IMG/VR virus record: IMGVR_UViG_3300032087_005453 | Span: 32,001-96,000 of that record | Source of the DNA: a virus | Reading direction: 5' to 3' (one strand) | DNA length: 64,000 nt | Notes under the pieces: model-generated | What the model saw: the letters and a program-made list of their open reading frames with translations, nothing else | What the model was told of the DNA's origin: nothing | Databases searched by the model: none | Shown here: positions 1 to 8,659 of the stretch, piece after piece | Layout of the letters: the number at the start of each line of letters is the position of its first letter | Position numbering within the stretch: position 1 is the first letter of the stretch | Program-made: the position numbers and the translations under genes

Positions 1-2154
1 GTATAGATTCTTTATTCCATGTTTAAAAGCATAAATCTGATCTTTAATCAAAACACTCAAAGGAATATTGCCATTGTCGTAATGACTGTAGTTATAGTAA
101 AGATTTAAGCTAATTGACATATCTACAAACTTCTGGATAACAGAAGCAATATCAATCATACCTTTATTGCTGGTCATTTCCCAAGCTTGAGTATAATATT
201 TTTTCTTGCTGGAAAAGTTTGGAACCAACTGCTTAAGGACTCCGTTTTTAGCTTTCTTGTATGACAAAAGACTTCTTACAGGCTCAATACCATTAGTACT
301 GTTTTGGATAACAGAACTACTTTCACATGGCATAATTGCTGATAAAGTGGAGTGTCTTAGGCCAAATTCCTTAATTCTTCCACGAAGACCTTCCCAATCC
401 ATTTTGTATTCAACCTTAACAAGATCGTCAACAGACTTATTGTACCAATCAATGGGGAGAAGTCCATCAGCATATTTAGTTTCATTGAATTTAGGGCATG
501 GTCCTTTTTCTTCAGCGAGCTTGCACGATTCACTAATAAGGTTATACTGGATCTCTTCCATGATCTCATGAACAAGAACGAGTGCCTGTGGATCATCGTA
601 TGTTAGTTTATTTTTAGCGAGAAATCCCGCAAGGTTGGTGACACCAATACCAAGAGATCTACGATTCTTTGTAAAGTTTTCTCCAGCTTTAACTGGATAA
701 TCTTGATAATCAATGATTGCCTCAAGAGAACGAACTGCTGCGGCACATGCTGTTTGAATTGCTCTACTACCCGTCATTTCAATTAAGTTAATTGCCGATA
801 GCATACAAATACCGATCTCTCCCTCTTCATCTTCAATCGAAGTGATTGGTTTTGTTGGGTGGAGGATTTCCTGACAAAGATTACTCATCCGTACAGGAAC
901 ATTCCAAGAACTGTGTTCATTGGCGTTGTCAATATTCATAGCATAGATTCTACCAGTTTCGAGTCGCTCACGACTGTAAATCTCAGCAAGCTTGACGGCA
1001 GGAATCTTCTTTCGGAATAGTAGACCTCTTGCGTTTTCGTACTTCTTGTACAGTTCTTCAAACTTTTCATTATCGCCAAATGCCTCATAAAGATCTGGCA
1101 CTTCATTTGGACTGAACAGAGAAATTGTTTCATTAGCGATCAGTCTCTCATAGAATAGCTTACAAAACTGCACAGAGTAATCAAGCTTACGAACTCTATT
1201 GTCGTCAGTTCCAGCATTGTTCTTTAGCTGAACAACATCTTGAATCTCATAATGCCAAAATGGAATGTGAACTGTCGCACTCCCGCCGCGAATACCGTTT
1301 TGAGATGTAGACTTAACAGCACTCTCAAAATTCTTCAGATATGGAATGAGTCCGGTGTGAATGACTTCGCCACCACGAATCGGAGAATTAATTGGGCGAA
1401 TACGACCAATATTCAGTCCGATACCAGCACGGCGAGCCGTGTAGCGACCAACAGCGTGTACTGAAGAGAAGATACTGTCAAGATCGTCGTCAACATCAAC
1501 CAAAACACAGCTTGCGAACTGACGAATGGAAGTTCTAACTCCAGCCATGATCGGAGTTGGAAGGTTGACTTTGAACGTTGAGTATGTATCATATGCTTTT
1601 TTGACAGACTTAACATCGTCAAACAGACACATAGCAATTAGCATATATGCAATCTGTGGTGTTTCGTAGATAACTCCGGTGGATCTGTTCTTGACAAGAT
1701 ACTTGTCAACCATCTGCTGAAGACCGGAATATGTAAACAGATCATCTCTATCATGTACAATGTGCGATCCAATCTTTTTGATATCGCCCTCGCTCCACTT
1801 CTCTAGAATCTGAGGATCATAGATTCCATTATCGACATTCAACTGAATTTGATGTAGAAGACTGGGAGGTGTTGTTGCGTGACCCCAAACATCTTTTCTG
1901 AGGTCCATATTCAGCAACTTGGCGGCAACGTATTGGTAGTTTGGATTATCTTCTGAGATTAGATCGCTAGAAGACTTGATCAAGATCTTATGAATATCCT
2001 TAGAGCTAATGCCATCAAATAAAGAGAGTCTTGCATTCATTGCAATTTCAGAAAACGACACTCCGTTTATTCCGTCAGTCGCCCATTCTAAAACCTTATG
2101 GATCTTGTCAACATCGTAATCTTCAAGTGATCCATTTCTCTTCTTTATTTGCAT
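1..2154 (-). CDS. nrdA: Ribonucleoside-diphosphate reductase class Ia alpha subunit with N-terminal ATP cone (3' end outside window)
   Basis: Hand translation from ATG at 2154: MQIKKRNGSLEDYDVDKIHKVL (ATP cone), PTPIMAGVRT..QFASCVL, catalytic SNLCQEI, RRSLGIG, AIMPCESSS..NSTNGIEP. Frame is open to position 1. Not in the ORF track. Confidence 0.97.
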   Translation of the reverse strand, partial: MQIKKRNGSLEDYDVDKIHKVLEWATDGINGVSFSEIAMNARLSLFDGISSKDIHKILIKSSSDLISEDNPNYQYVAAKLLNMDLRKDVWGHATTPPSLLHQIQLNVDNGIYDPQILEKWSEGDIKKIGSHIVHDRDDLFTYSGLQQMVDKYLVKNRSTGVIYETPQIAYMLIAMCLFDDVKSVKKAYDTYSTFKVNLPTPIMAGVRTSIRQFASCVLVDVDDDLDSIFSSVHAVGRYTARRAGIGLNIGRIRPINSPIRGGEVIHTGLIPYLKNFESAVKSTSQNGIRGGSATVHIPFWHYEIQDVVQLKNNAGTDDNRVRKLDYSVQFCKLFYERLIANETISLFSPNEVPDLYEAFGDNEKFEELYKKYENARGLLFRKKIPAVKLAEIYSRERLETGRIYAMNIDNANEHSSWNVPVRMSNLCQEILHPTKPITSIEDEEGEIGICMLSAINLIEMTGSRAIQTACAAAVRSLEAIIDYQDYPVKAGENFTKNRRSLGIGVTNLAGFLAKNKLTYDDPQALVLVHEIMEEIQYNLISESCKLAEEKGPCPKFNETKYADGLLPIDWYNKSVDDLVKVEYKMDWEGLRGRIKEFGLRHSTLSAIMPCESSSVIQNSTNGIEPVRSLLSYKKAKNGVLKQLVPNFSSKKKYYTQAWEMTSNKGMIDIASVIQKFVDMSISLNLYYNYSHYDNGNIPLSVLIKDQIYAFKHGIKNLY

Positions 2155-2179
2155 TGTACGACTTTCAAAATATAGGGAT

Positions 2180-2208
2180 AAAAAATACCAGCAGATTGCT
2201 CCGCTGGT
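2180..2208 (-). terminator. Intrinsic terminator
   Basis: Minus strand ACCAGCGGA-GCAA-TCTGCTGGT stem with GNRA tetraloop, followed by ATTTTTT. Confidence 0.8.
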
Positions 2209-2235
2209 TAAGTTGTACTAAGTTTTATTATGCTG

Positions 2236-2520
2236 TCAACTAATCTGTTCGTAAGTAAATGGAATATCTGGAAAGTTGTCTAATTCCAAAACCCCACCTT
2301 TGTCGGAAAAATGTACACCAGAAAGCTTGATAGAAAATGATATAATTTTCTTGATTGAAATAACAGGCTGGTTTTTTGGAAAAGAGACAACGACTGATGT
2401 ATCATTTTTTTTAATATTGATGTCAGTATCTTTATCACATTTTATCTTAAAACCTCTTACTGAAAATCCATCCTCAGAAAATATTTGATCAACTATTTTG
2501 AATATTTCATCAAATGTCAT
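2236..2520 (-). CDS. Hypothetical protein (94 aa)
   Basis: ATGA overlap with the upstream thioredoxin gene; last gene before the terminator. Confidence 0.7.
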   Translation of the reverse strand: MTFDEIFKIVDQIFSEDGFSVRGFKIKCDKDTDINIKKNDTSVVVSFPKNQPVISIKKIISFSIKLSGVHFSDKGGVLELDNFPDIPFTYEQIS

Positions 2521-3257
2521 TGCTGATACGCCTTGAGTTTATTCAATACAAATTCAGCAGTACATCCTCCAACCCAAAATTCTTTGAATTGCCCATTAAC
2601 CTCTATTACAAACTGTGGTATGCTAGTGCTCTTAGTTAGTTTTACATTTTCTGACCATCTTTTTTTATCTTTATCAATATCTACGACCTCATAATTAGAA
2701 AAACTTTTTCTGACTTTAGGAAGTTCGTTTTTCTTAAAAACCTGACAAGGCCCACACCAAGAAGCAGAAAATATAACCAACTTAACTTTTGCTTTTAGAA
2801 GTGCATCTAAATCTCTCATTAGATTAGATTCTATAGTGGCTACATCCTTTTCACATCCACAATTAACACAGTCACATCGGCCATCAGTGCAATTACATGT
2901 ACCATTATTATAGCACTTGCAGTCAGATGATTCACTGGTATTTTGGTCTGAAGATCCACTTTTGACGCAATTACATATACCATCACCTTCGTTAAAACAC
3001 TGACATGGCGTTTTATGTCCGTCGCCATGAATCATGACTTTACTTCCGTCGCAGTCACATTTAGTTACTGGATCTGGTGTAGGAGGATCTGGTGTGTCTG
3101 AAGATTCTGTTGATTGAACAATAAATGATATATAACCTTCATTTTTAACTTCGTCAAACTGAAACACATTTCTGTCGTCAGCATTTAATACAAACATATC
3201 AAATGGAATAAAAGAAATTAACAGTAGGACTAATATTGTTATAGATTTTCTATTCAT
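2517..3257 (-). CDS. Exported or membrane-anchored thioredoxin with Cys-rich, metallothionein-like middle region
   Basis: N-terminal hydrophobic stretch (MNRKSITILVLLLISF), PDPPTPDP linker, repeated CxC motifs, C-terminal FSASWCGPC and SIPQF (cis-Pro) thioredoxin motifs. Confidence 0.85.
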   Translation of the reverse strand: MNRKSITILVLLLISFIPFDMFVLNADDRNVFQFDEVKNEGYISFIVQSTESSDTPDPPTPDPVTKCDCDGSKVMIHGDGHKTPCQCFNEGDGICNCVKSGSSDQNTSESSDCKCYNNGTCNCTDGRCDCVNCGCEKDVATIESNLMRDLDALLKAKVKLVIFSASWCGPCQVFKKNELPKVRKSFSNYEVVDIDKDKKRWSENVKLTKSTSIPQFVIEVNGQFKEFWVGGCTAEFVLNKLKAYQQ

Positions 3258-4171
3258 TAGATTATCCTTGTGTTTAGCTTATTAACTCTTTTTTCGAATC
3301 CATCATAACCACTGTACGCCCAACAATCACCAGTTTTTAGAATTTTTCTTTCGATATCATCTGCATCAACCCAGAAAGATCCATCCGGTTGATTATTTCT
3401 TTTTGGACCTCCATTCCATTTTCCCCAACTATTTTGTACTAAAACGCCAGGTCTTTTGTAAGCATCGTCAACACCAAGAATACACATTTGATGATGCCAT
3501 GTACCTTGAGGTCTAGCGAATCCCTCTGAATCTCTTCTTGATGAAAATCCTTGGCTACTTGCTATAGTAACAGCATAGCCATTAGCAATTAAATCTCTAA
3601 CTTCATTATAGCTTCTTACTTGAGATACCGTAATAACCGGGTGGTCTTTGACAATTTCTACAAATTCTTGAGGTAACTTATATCCTTTTCTACCCCAAGT
3701 TCTGGCTTTACTTCCTGAATAATTTGTTAAATCAATATTTCCATATTGTGCTCTTGGCAAGGCACCATATTGATTTACATATTTTGCAGCCCAAATACCA
3801 AATGAGCCATCACTATTACCAAGTCTACCTTTGCCAATAACGTTTCTACTACCCCAATAAATATCTTCAGTTGATGTTCTAGCAACCCACTTTTCGTTTT
3901 CACCCTTTATAAAAATATCCACACATTTGATCGCATCAACAGCATATGCCGCACCATGAGCAACACAGTCGCCAATAGTTTGCTTTCTTATTGGAAAACT
4001 TCCGGAAACCTTTTCGATGATATCGTACAGTAACACCTTTTTGTTTTTGCCAGAATCCTTTTTTATTTGAGAATGAATATCCGAAAAAACAGGAAATGGG
4101 AGGCTTTCCATCGCCTGCTCCACTTCCTGCGGGTCATCAATCCATCCACATAAATCGGATAGGTCACTCAT
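3257..4171 (-). CDS. Papain-like (C1 family) cysteine peptidase
   Basis: QTIGDCVAH (oxyanion Q and catalytic C), WHHQMCILG (catalytic H), QNSWGKW (catalytic N). Confidence 0.88.
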   Translation of the reverse strand: MSDLSDLCGWIDDPQEVEQAMESLPFPVFSDIHSQIKKDSGKNKKVLLYDIIEKVSGSFPIRKQTIGDCVAHGAAYAVDAIKCVDIFIKGENEKWVARTSTEDIYWGSRNVIGKGRLGNSDGSFGIWAAKYVNQYGALPRAQYGNIDLTNYSGSKARTWGRKGYKLPQEFVEIVKDHPVITVSQVRSYNEVRDLIANGYAVTIASSQGFSSRRDSEGFARPQGTWHHQMCILGVDDAYKRPGVLVQNSWGKWNGGPKRNNQPDGSFWVDADDIERKILKTGDCWAYSGYDGFEKRVNKLNTRII

Positions 4172-4604
4172 ATTTTGTAGCCTCCGCTAAGTCTTTAAAT
4201 ATCTTAGCAAATTCTTTTCTTTCTTGGTCGGTTTTGAGATCTTTGGGTATATCATACTCTACGCTTACCAAATAATCAGAAACAGCATCCGTAAAATCGG
4301 AATACTTATCTCTTTCCCAACCATAACTTGATTGTACTCTGCCAAGTATCGGGTCGAATTGAGAAGTATTAACCATTGTCTCACATTTTAAGAGATATTC
4401 TGCACCACCAGAAAATAGTTTATGAATTAACTCTTTATCTTCTTTAGAATCTATTTTAGTAAATTCTTCTTGTACGAGTTTTAATTCATTACTAGCATCA
4501 TTCTGAATTAGCATTGCTTGATCTGACTTCATGAGCCAAACCGAGCCAGCTATTATCATGGCAGCAACTGAGATAACTAATGAAGTTGAATTATTTTTAT
4601 CCAT
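4164..4604 (-). CDS. Single-pass membrane or exported helical protein
   Basis: N-terminal TM segment (LVISVAAMIIAGSVWLM); overlaps both neighbours. Confidence 0.7.
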   Translation of the reverse strand: MDKNNSTSLVISVAAMIIAGSVWLMKSDQAMLIQNDASNELKLVQEEFTKIDSKEDKELIHKLFSGGAEYLLKCETMVNTSQFDPILGRVQSSYGWERDKYSDFTDAVSDYLVSVEYDIPKDLKTDQERKEFAKIFKDLAEATKYE

Positions 4605-5004
4605 CTACATTTACCTCTTTTTCATTTTTTGGCTCAACAGCAATGCTTTTTGCTTTAAAAAGGAAGTTGTTGAGGTCAATAACATTACTCAAAGCTTCTT
4701 TAGAAGCTAACTCATCCGCCCTCGTTCTTAAATAGGAGAGACACATGAAGTCAATAAGATCTTTGTTGTCGCTATTGAGTAGTTGCTCAATTGAAGTAAT
4801 TTTAGTCATTTTCACTTTGTCCTTTTTAATGCTAAATAAACTTTTAAAACTAGCAGATGTTAGCAATATATATATTCCACCGACTCCAGCAATACCCATC
4901 TGAACAAAATACTGAATATCAGCAACATCTTTGTCTACCAACTGCCAATATCCAGCCATTCCCCCAGATACTAGAATCAATGCAAGTCCTATCAAAGCAT
5001 TCAT
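4597..5004 (-). CDS. Membrane protein with two TM helices
   Basis: Two hydrophobic segments near the N-terminus and a charged C-terminal region. Confidence 0.7.
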   Translation of the reverse strand: MNALIGLALILVSGGMAGYWQLVDKDVADIQYFVQMGIAGVGGIYILLTSASFKSLFSIKKDKVKMTKITSIEQLLNSDNKDLIDFMCLSYLRTRADELASKEALSNVIDLNNFLFKAKSIAVEPKNEKEVNVDG

Positions 5005-5008
5005 TCAA

Positions 5009-5224
5009 TCAACCTTTCTTTGTGTTGTCCTTAATCCATTTAATTAGAGAATCAAGACCAACTGAAATAATTGGAACAACAAGCATACCTGTAGCACCAA
5101 GATCAAGATGTCCAAGATTATCAGCAACATATGTTAATGCTGCCGCACCTCCGACAAGTACTGCATTTTTTACTAAATTGGCTACATCCGCTTTGTTTAA
5201 ACTAAAACTTTTTGAATTTTCCAT
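5009..5224 (-). CDS. Small holin-like membrane protein
   Basis: 71 aa, two hydrophobic helices, basic C-terminus (KWIKDNTKKG), as in class II holins. Confidence 0.6.
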   Translation of the reverse strand: MENSKSFSLNKADVANLVKNAVLVGGAAALTYVADNLGHLDLGATGMLVVPIISVGLDSLIKWIKDNTKKG

Positions 5225-5234
5225 TTTAACCCCT

Positions 5235-5744
5235 TTACTGATCTAAACCTAAAACTAATATTTTGTAATTTACACCAGAACCTTGATCGTTCAACTCAAA
5301 AGCCTTATTGCTAGCAGTAACAACGGTTCCAGTGTACACATCATTGTAAGAAAAAGAAGAATATGGTTTTACAACAAGATTACCAGACCCACCATTGAAA
5401 ATATTTGTGAAAGCATTCGTGCCCGTGGCGGTAACTGTAAAATCATATCCTTCTGTGGTAGAATCATTATAAACTGAGAAGTGTTTCACTCCAGAAAAGT
5501 TTATATTTTGACTCGAACCAAAAGTAGTTTGACTTATTGCTTGTAAATCAAACTCGACCGTCCCGCCAGATGGCAGAACTCCAGTTATAGACACTCCGTT
5601 AGTTACTTGATTATCTCCACTGCCATAAGTATAGGACGAAGATAAATTCTTTGAATCCGTCAAAGAAGCAGATTCTCCAGCATTCGTCTCTGTTAGAGTG
5701 AAACTGGACTTATTATTATATGTTGCTGTTATAGATAGAGCCAT
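5235..5744 (-). CDS. Hypothetical beta-rich protein, possibly virion-associated
   Basis: 169 aa, rich in S/T/G/N, with several SG/TG dipeptides like the structural proteins. Confidence 0.6.
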   Translation of the reverse strand: MALSITATYNNKSSFTLTETNAGESASLTDSKNLSSSYTYGSGDNQVTNGVSITGVLPSGGTVEFDLQAISQTTFGSSQNINFSGVKHFSVYNDSTTEGYDFTVTATGTNAFTNIFNGGSGNLVVKPYSSFSYNDVYTGTVVTASNKAFELNDQGSGVNYKILVLGLDQ

Positions 5745-5745
5745 A

Positions 5746-6300
5746 TTATTGTTCTTTCAATTCTATGGTTCCAACTGAAATTCCATTGGGAATTCCAATG
5801 ACCGTTACGTTAACGTTAACTTCTTTACGTGACTTTGTCAAGACTGAACAAGAAATATATCTTTCAAATATTTGAGTATCAGTGGGGTCATTTATTTTTG
5901 AAATAAACTTTTGACGATGTGTATCTTTTAAAGCGTCTGGAATTAATGAATGCAATGATTTACCAACTATTTCTGATTTGGTATAACCTAACATTTCCAA
6001 CGCTCCATTTGACCATGCAAATATTTTACCTTCATAGTCTACCCCAATAAGAGTATTATTTGAAGTATTGATTACCTTTTTTAATAATTCTTGATCATGT
6101 CTATTATCTATTTTATCAATACATTTTTTAGTCAAAGATATTTCATGAGACAAATCTTCTTGCAATACTTGCGTTTTTTGCAATATAGTGGATACATTTT
6201 TTATAAGTACGATGTTTAACGCAGATAAAATACCAAACGCAAAAATTAGACTAAATACTAATATATTTACGACATAATTATTGTTGTGGCTTCGAGACAT
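5746..6300 (-). CDS. Membrane-anchored PAS-domain protein with no output domain
   Basis: TM helix, then coiled coil, then PAS signature IGVDYEGKIFAWSNGALEMLGYTKSEIVGKSLHSLIP. ATG at 6300 follows an AAGGA RBS. Confidence 0.8.
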   Translation of the reverse strand: MSRSHNNNYVVNILVFSLIFAFGILSALNIVLIKNVSTILQKTQVLQEDLSHEISLTKKCIDKIDNRHDQELLKKVINTSNNTLIGVDYEGKIFAWSNGALEMLGYTKSEIVGKSLHSLIPDALKDTHRQKFISKINDPTDTQIFERYISCSVLTKSRKEVNVNVTVIGIPNGISVGTIELKEQ

Positions 6301-6562
6301 TTTCAATCCTTATCTGCAATTTTTCTAATTGATTTTGAATCTCCATATTCTGCTCTAGATTTTTTCTATACATTTCATCAAAATCATCATCACGTCGTTG
6401 TATATACTGCAACCATTCCCCTCGCTCACTTTGATGCCTTTCTTCTATTGACGGTATGTGTTTTACCACCAAATACCAAACAAGAGCACCAAAACCACCA
6501 GCGGTTGCTAATTGCACGAGAGGTTCAATCCAAGATGTAAAATCACTAGGATTATCATTCAT
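6278..6562 (-). CDS. Single-TM plus coiled-coil protein (BhlA/UviB holin-like architecture)
   Basis: TM segment (LVQLATAGGFGALVWYLVV), then a charged coiled coil; GGAGG RBS. Confidence 0.55.
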   Translation of the reverse strand: MNDNPSDFTSWIEPLVQLATAGGFGALVWYLVVKHIPSIEERHQSERGEWLQYIQRRDDDFDEMYRKNLEQNMEIQNQLEKLQIRIENVSKPQQ

Positions 6563-6573
6563 AACTTGCCTCC

Positions 6574-6654
6574 AAAAAACAACCCTAGACTCCGGATGAA
6601 GCTGTGAATTTAGATCTAGTCTAAATAACTTTCTAAATCCGGATATCTAGGGTT
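6574..6654 (-). terminator. Long multi-stem hairpin plus U tract (terminator or attenuator)
   Basis: Nested inverted repeats AACCCTAGA/TCTAGGGTT, TCCGGAT/ATCCGGA and TTTAGA/TCTAAA, followed by GTTTTTT on the minus strand. Confidence 0.7.
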
Positions 6655-6668
6655 TCAATGATAATTAC

Positions 6669-7295
6669 TTACGCACCGGAACGGGCTTTGTAATCATCTT
6701 GTTTTGCATCAATCGCACCGTACATGTAAGCCAATTCACCAGGAATGGACTTGTATGTTACGAATTGACCTTGATCTACAGCATCAGATGCATTGTTTGT
6801 AGGCAGCTTGAATGTAATATCTCCAGTAGAAGGTGGAGTGCTCCAGTTTGTTCTCTGACCTGAGATTCCAACACCTCTCCAATATCCGGAGCGATGTGCA
6901 GTTGTGAGCAAAGCACCTTTAGCACTATCAGTAACATTATTCTTAGGACGATTTCTTGGAATACCATTGATTTGAAGAACAGTATTTGATTGATTGTTGA
7001 TCTTAGTTGTAACAGTTCTGATAATAAACTGATCTTGATCATAAGCAAATGTACCACCGGTATCTGCTTTTTGAGCACTATATGCGTGTGCCGCACCAGA
7101 TGCTTCAAGAACTAGAACCCTTCTTTCTCTACCATCAATAGCATTGTCTGTCAGATTGAAGGTTTGAGTGATAGGCCCAGCAGTTGTGTCAGTGGCAGAT
7201 GTAATACCAATGACTGTTCCACCATCAGCTTTTTCTGTTGGTGAAGAGTTATCACCAGTTGTTCCGTAAATAATTGTGTTTGGGAGTAAAGCCAT
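6669..7295 (-). CDS. Hypothetical protein, probably late/virion (208 aa)
   Basis: T/G/A-rich; preceded by the GGTGTATA motif and a GAAAGGT RBS. Confidence 0.65.
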   Translation of the reverse strand: MALLPNTIIYGTTGDNSSPTEKADGGTVIGITSATDTTAGPITQTFNLTDNAIDGRERRVLVLEASGAAHAYSAQKADTGGTFAYDQDQFIIRTVTTKINNQSNTVLQINGIPRNRPKNNVTDSAKGALLTTAHRSGYWRGVGISGQRTNWSTPPSTGDITFKLPTNNASDAVDQGQFVTYKSIPGELAYMYGAIDAKQDDYKARSGA

Positions 7296-7365
7296 TTTAA
7301 TACCTTTCAGCTTTAATTACCCTGTCCTGTTTTTCCTAAAAATAATGTTCCACATCCACTATATT

Positions 7366-7373
7366 TATACACC
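7366..7373 (-). promoter_or_regulatory. Putative late-promoter motif GGTGTATA
   Basis: Same motif recurs upstream of portal, protease, fibre, tail tube and other structural genes. Confidence 0.6.
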
Positions 7374-7374
7374 T

Positions 7375-8025
7375 CTAAACATTGTCACAGGTGATAATAT
7401 TTCCATTTTTTAGGTTTTTTAGTTTTTTTAATTTTAGCTGGTATTCAGCATCAGAACCAAATTGTTTTTCGTTGATAGACGTTACAGATCCGTCAGAACC
7501 TATAAATACAGCCCATTTTTCAGAGTCTTTTATAGACATGTGAATTTCGTTGATTTTTTCCATTAAATTAGTAAAGTGTAGCTCAACATTTTCATTTTCT
7601 ACGAACTCAACGGGATCTAAGTTAGAACACAGTTCTTTTTGAATTTGCCATCTAACAGAGGAAAAGCAAAACATTTTCTCAATACCAATTGCAAACCTGT
7701 ATTTAGACAGCACCTTTAGACATCCTACACCGTGAATATGATTATCCAAGATATGGAATTCATTATCAGTAATTGGAAAATTAGTGTGTCCAATCCAGCA
7801 ATCAAACATTCTAACAGCACAAAACTGGTCATCTGGATTCACAACACCAAATGGTGTGTTTATTTTATTGGTAAATAAGTCAATTGGGAGGATCTGGTCA
7901 AGCTGAGGTCGAACAAATTCCTGCTCATCTTCCTCATCAAATCCATTCTCAATATTATCTCTTATTTCTATTTCGTCATGTATTTCCTCAAGAATATATT
8001 TTTCCCAACCTATTTTTCTTTTCAT
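7375..8025 (-). CDS. Hypothetical protein (216 aa)
   Basis: Long ORF with an AAGGAG RBS. Confidence 0.75.
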   Translation of the reverse strand: MKRKIGWEKYILEEIHDEIEIRDNIENGFDEEDEQEFVRPQLDQILPIDLFTNKINTPFGVVNPDDQFCAVRMFDCWIGHTNFPITDNEFHILDNHIHGVGCLKVLSKYRFAIGIEKMFCFSSVRWQIQKELCSNLDPVEFVENENVELHFTNLMEKINEIHMSIKDSEKWAVFIGSDGSVTSINEKQFGSDAEYQLKLKKLKNLKNGNIITCDNV

Positions 8026-8036
8026 GGCAGCACTCC

Positions 8037-8318
8037 TTATCGGAATTGACTTGGTTTAACAACTGGATTGCTATTTTTTTGAAAAAGTCCTATAGATTGA
8101 TCCTTTTTTTCTTGTTCATCTATTAAAGAGAATAAAATGTTGATTATGTCTTTTTCTTCCTTAGAAAGGTCTTTGCTTTTGAGTATAATATCTCTTAGTA
8201 AGAATTGACCCTCTGCGGAAAACATCGTATAAAGTAGACTTTGAAAGTCTGAAAATTCTTTAAAATCCGACTCTAGATCCACCATGCCATTATTATGTGA
8301 AATAGTAATTTTTGTCAT
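8037..8318 (-). CDS. Hypothetical protein (93 aa)
   Basis: ATGA-coupled to the upstream ORF. Confidence 0.7.
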   Translation of the reverse strand: MTKITISHNNGMVDLESDFKEFSDFQSLLYTMFSAEGQFLLRDIILKSKDLSKEEKDIINILFSLIDEQEKKDQSIGLFQKNSNPVVKPSQFR

Positions 8319-8659
8319 TTTCTACCCTGCATATTTGAGAACCTATATAAATCCATGCTTTTTTTATTAAATTTCACAAAACTTCCGGTATCCTTACATC
8401 TGGTTGAATTCGTAAAAAGATTGAAGTATATTTCAGTTCTTTCTTTGGTGGTTTTAATAGTCGAGAAGCTTTTAAGTGCAAGCGTCTCATCTACGTTATA
8501 GATGTGCCTGTCTAATTCGCTACGTAAAAGTGCCTCAAAATTACAAGGATGTTCAACCTTTACTGATGGAAGGTCACTATCTTTTTGCATAAATATCAAA
8601 AACGCACCCTCATCCCAACCGTTGTGACTCAAGATTCTCAACACCAGATAAACATCCAT
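8315..8659 (-). CDS. Hypothetical protein (114 aa)
   Basis: Translationally coupled to the GT4 gene; AGGAGG RBS. Confidence 0.7.
   Translation of the reverse strand: MDVYLVLRILSHNGWDEGAFLIFMQKDSDLPSVKVEHPCNFEALLRSELDRHIYNVDETLALKSFSTIKTTKERTEIYFNLFTNSTRCKDTGSFVKFNKKSMDLYRFSNMQGRK

Noticed and set aside
206-2243. Short ORFs listed in the track across 206-2243
   Set aside because: They are shadows of nrdA, which occupies 1-2154 on the minus strand.
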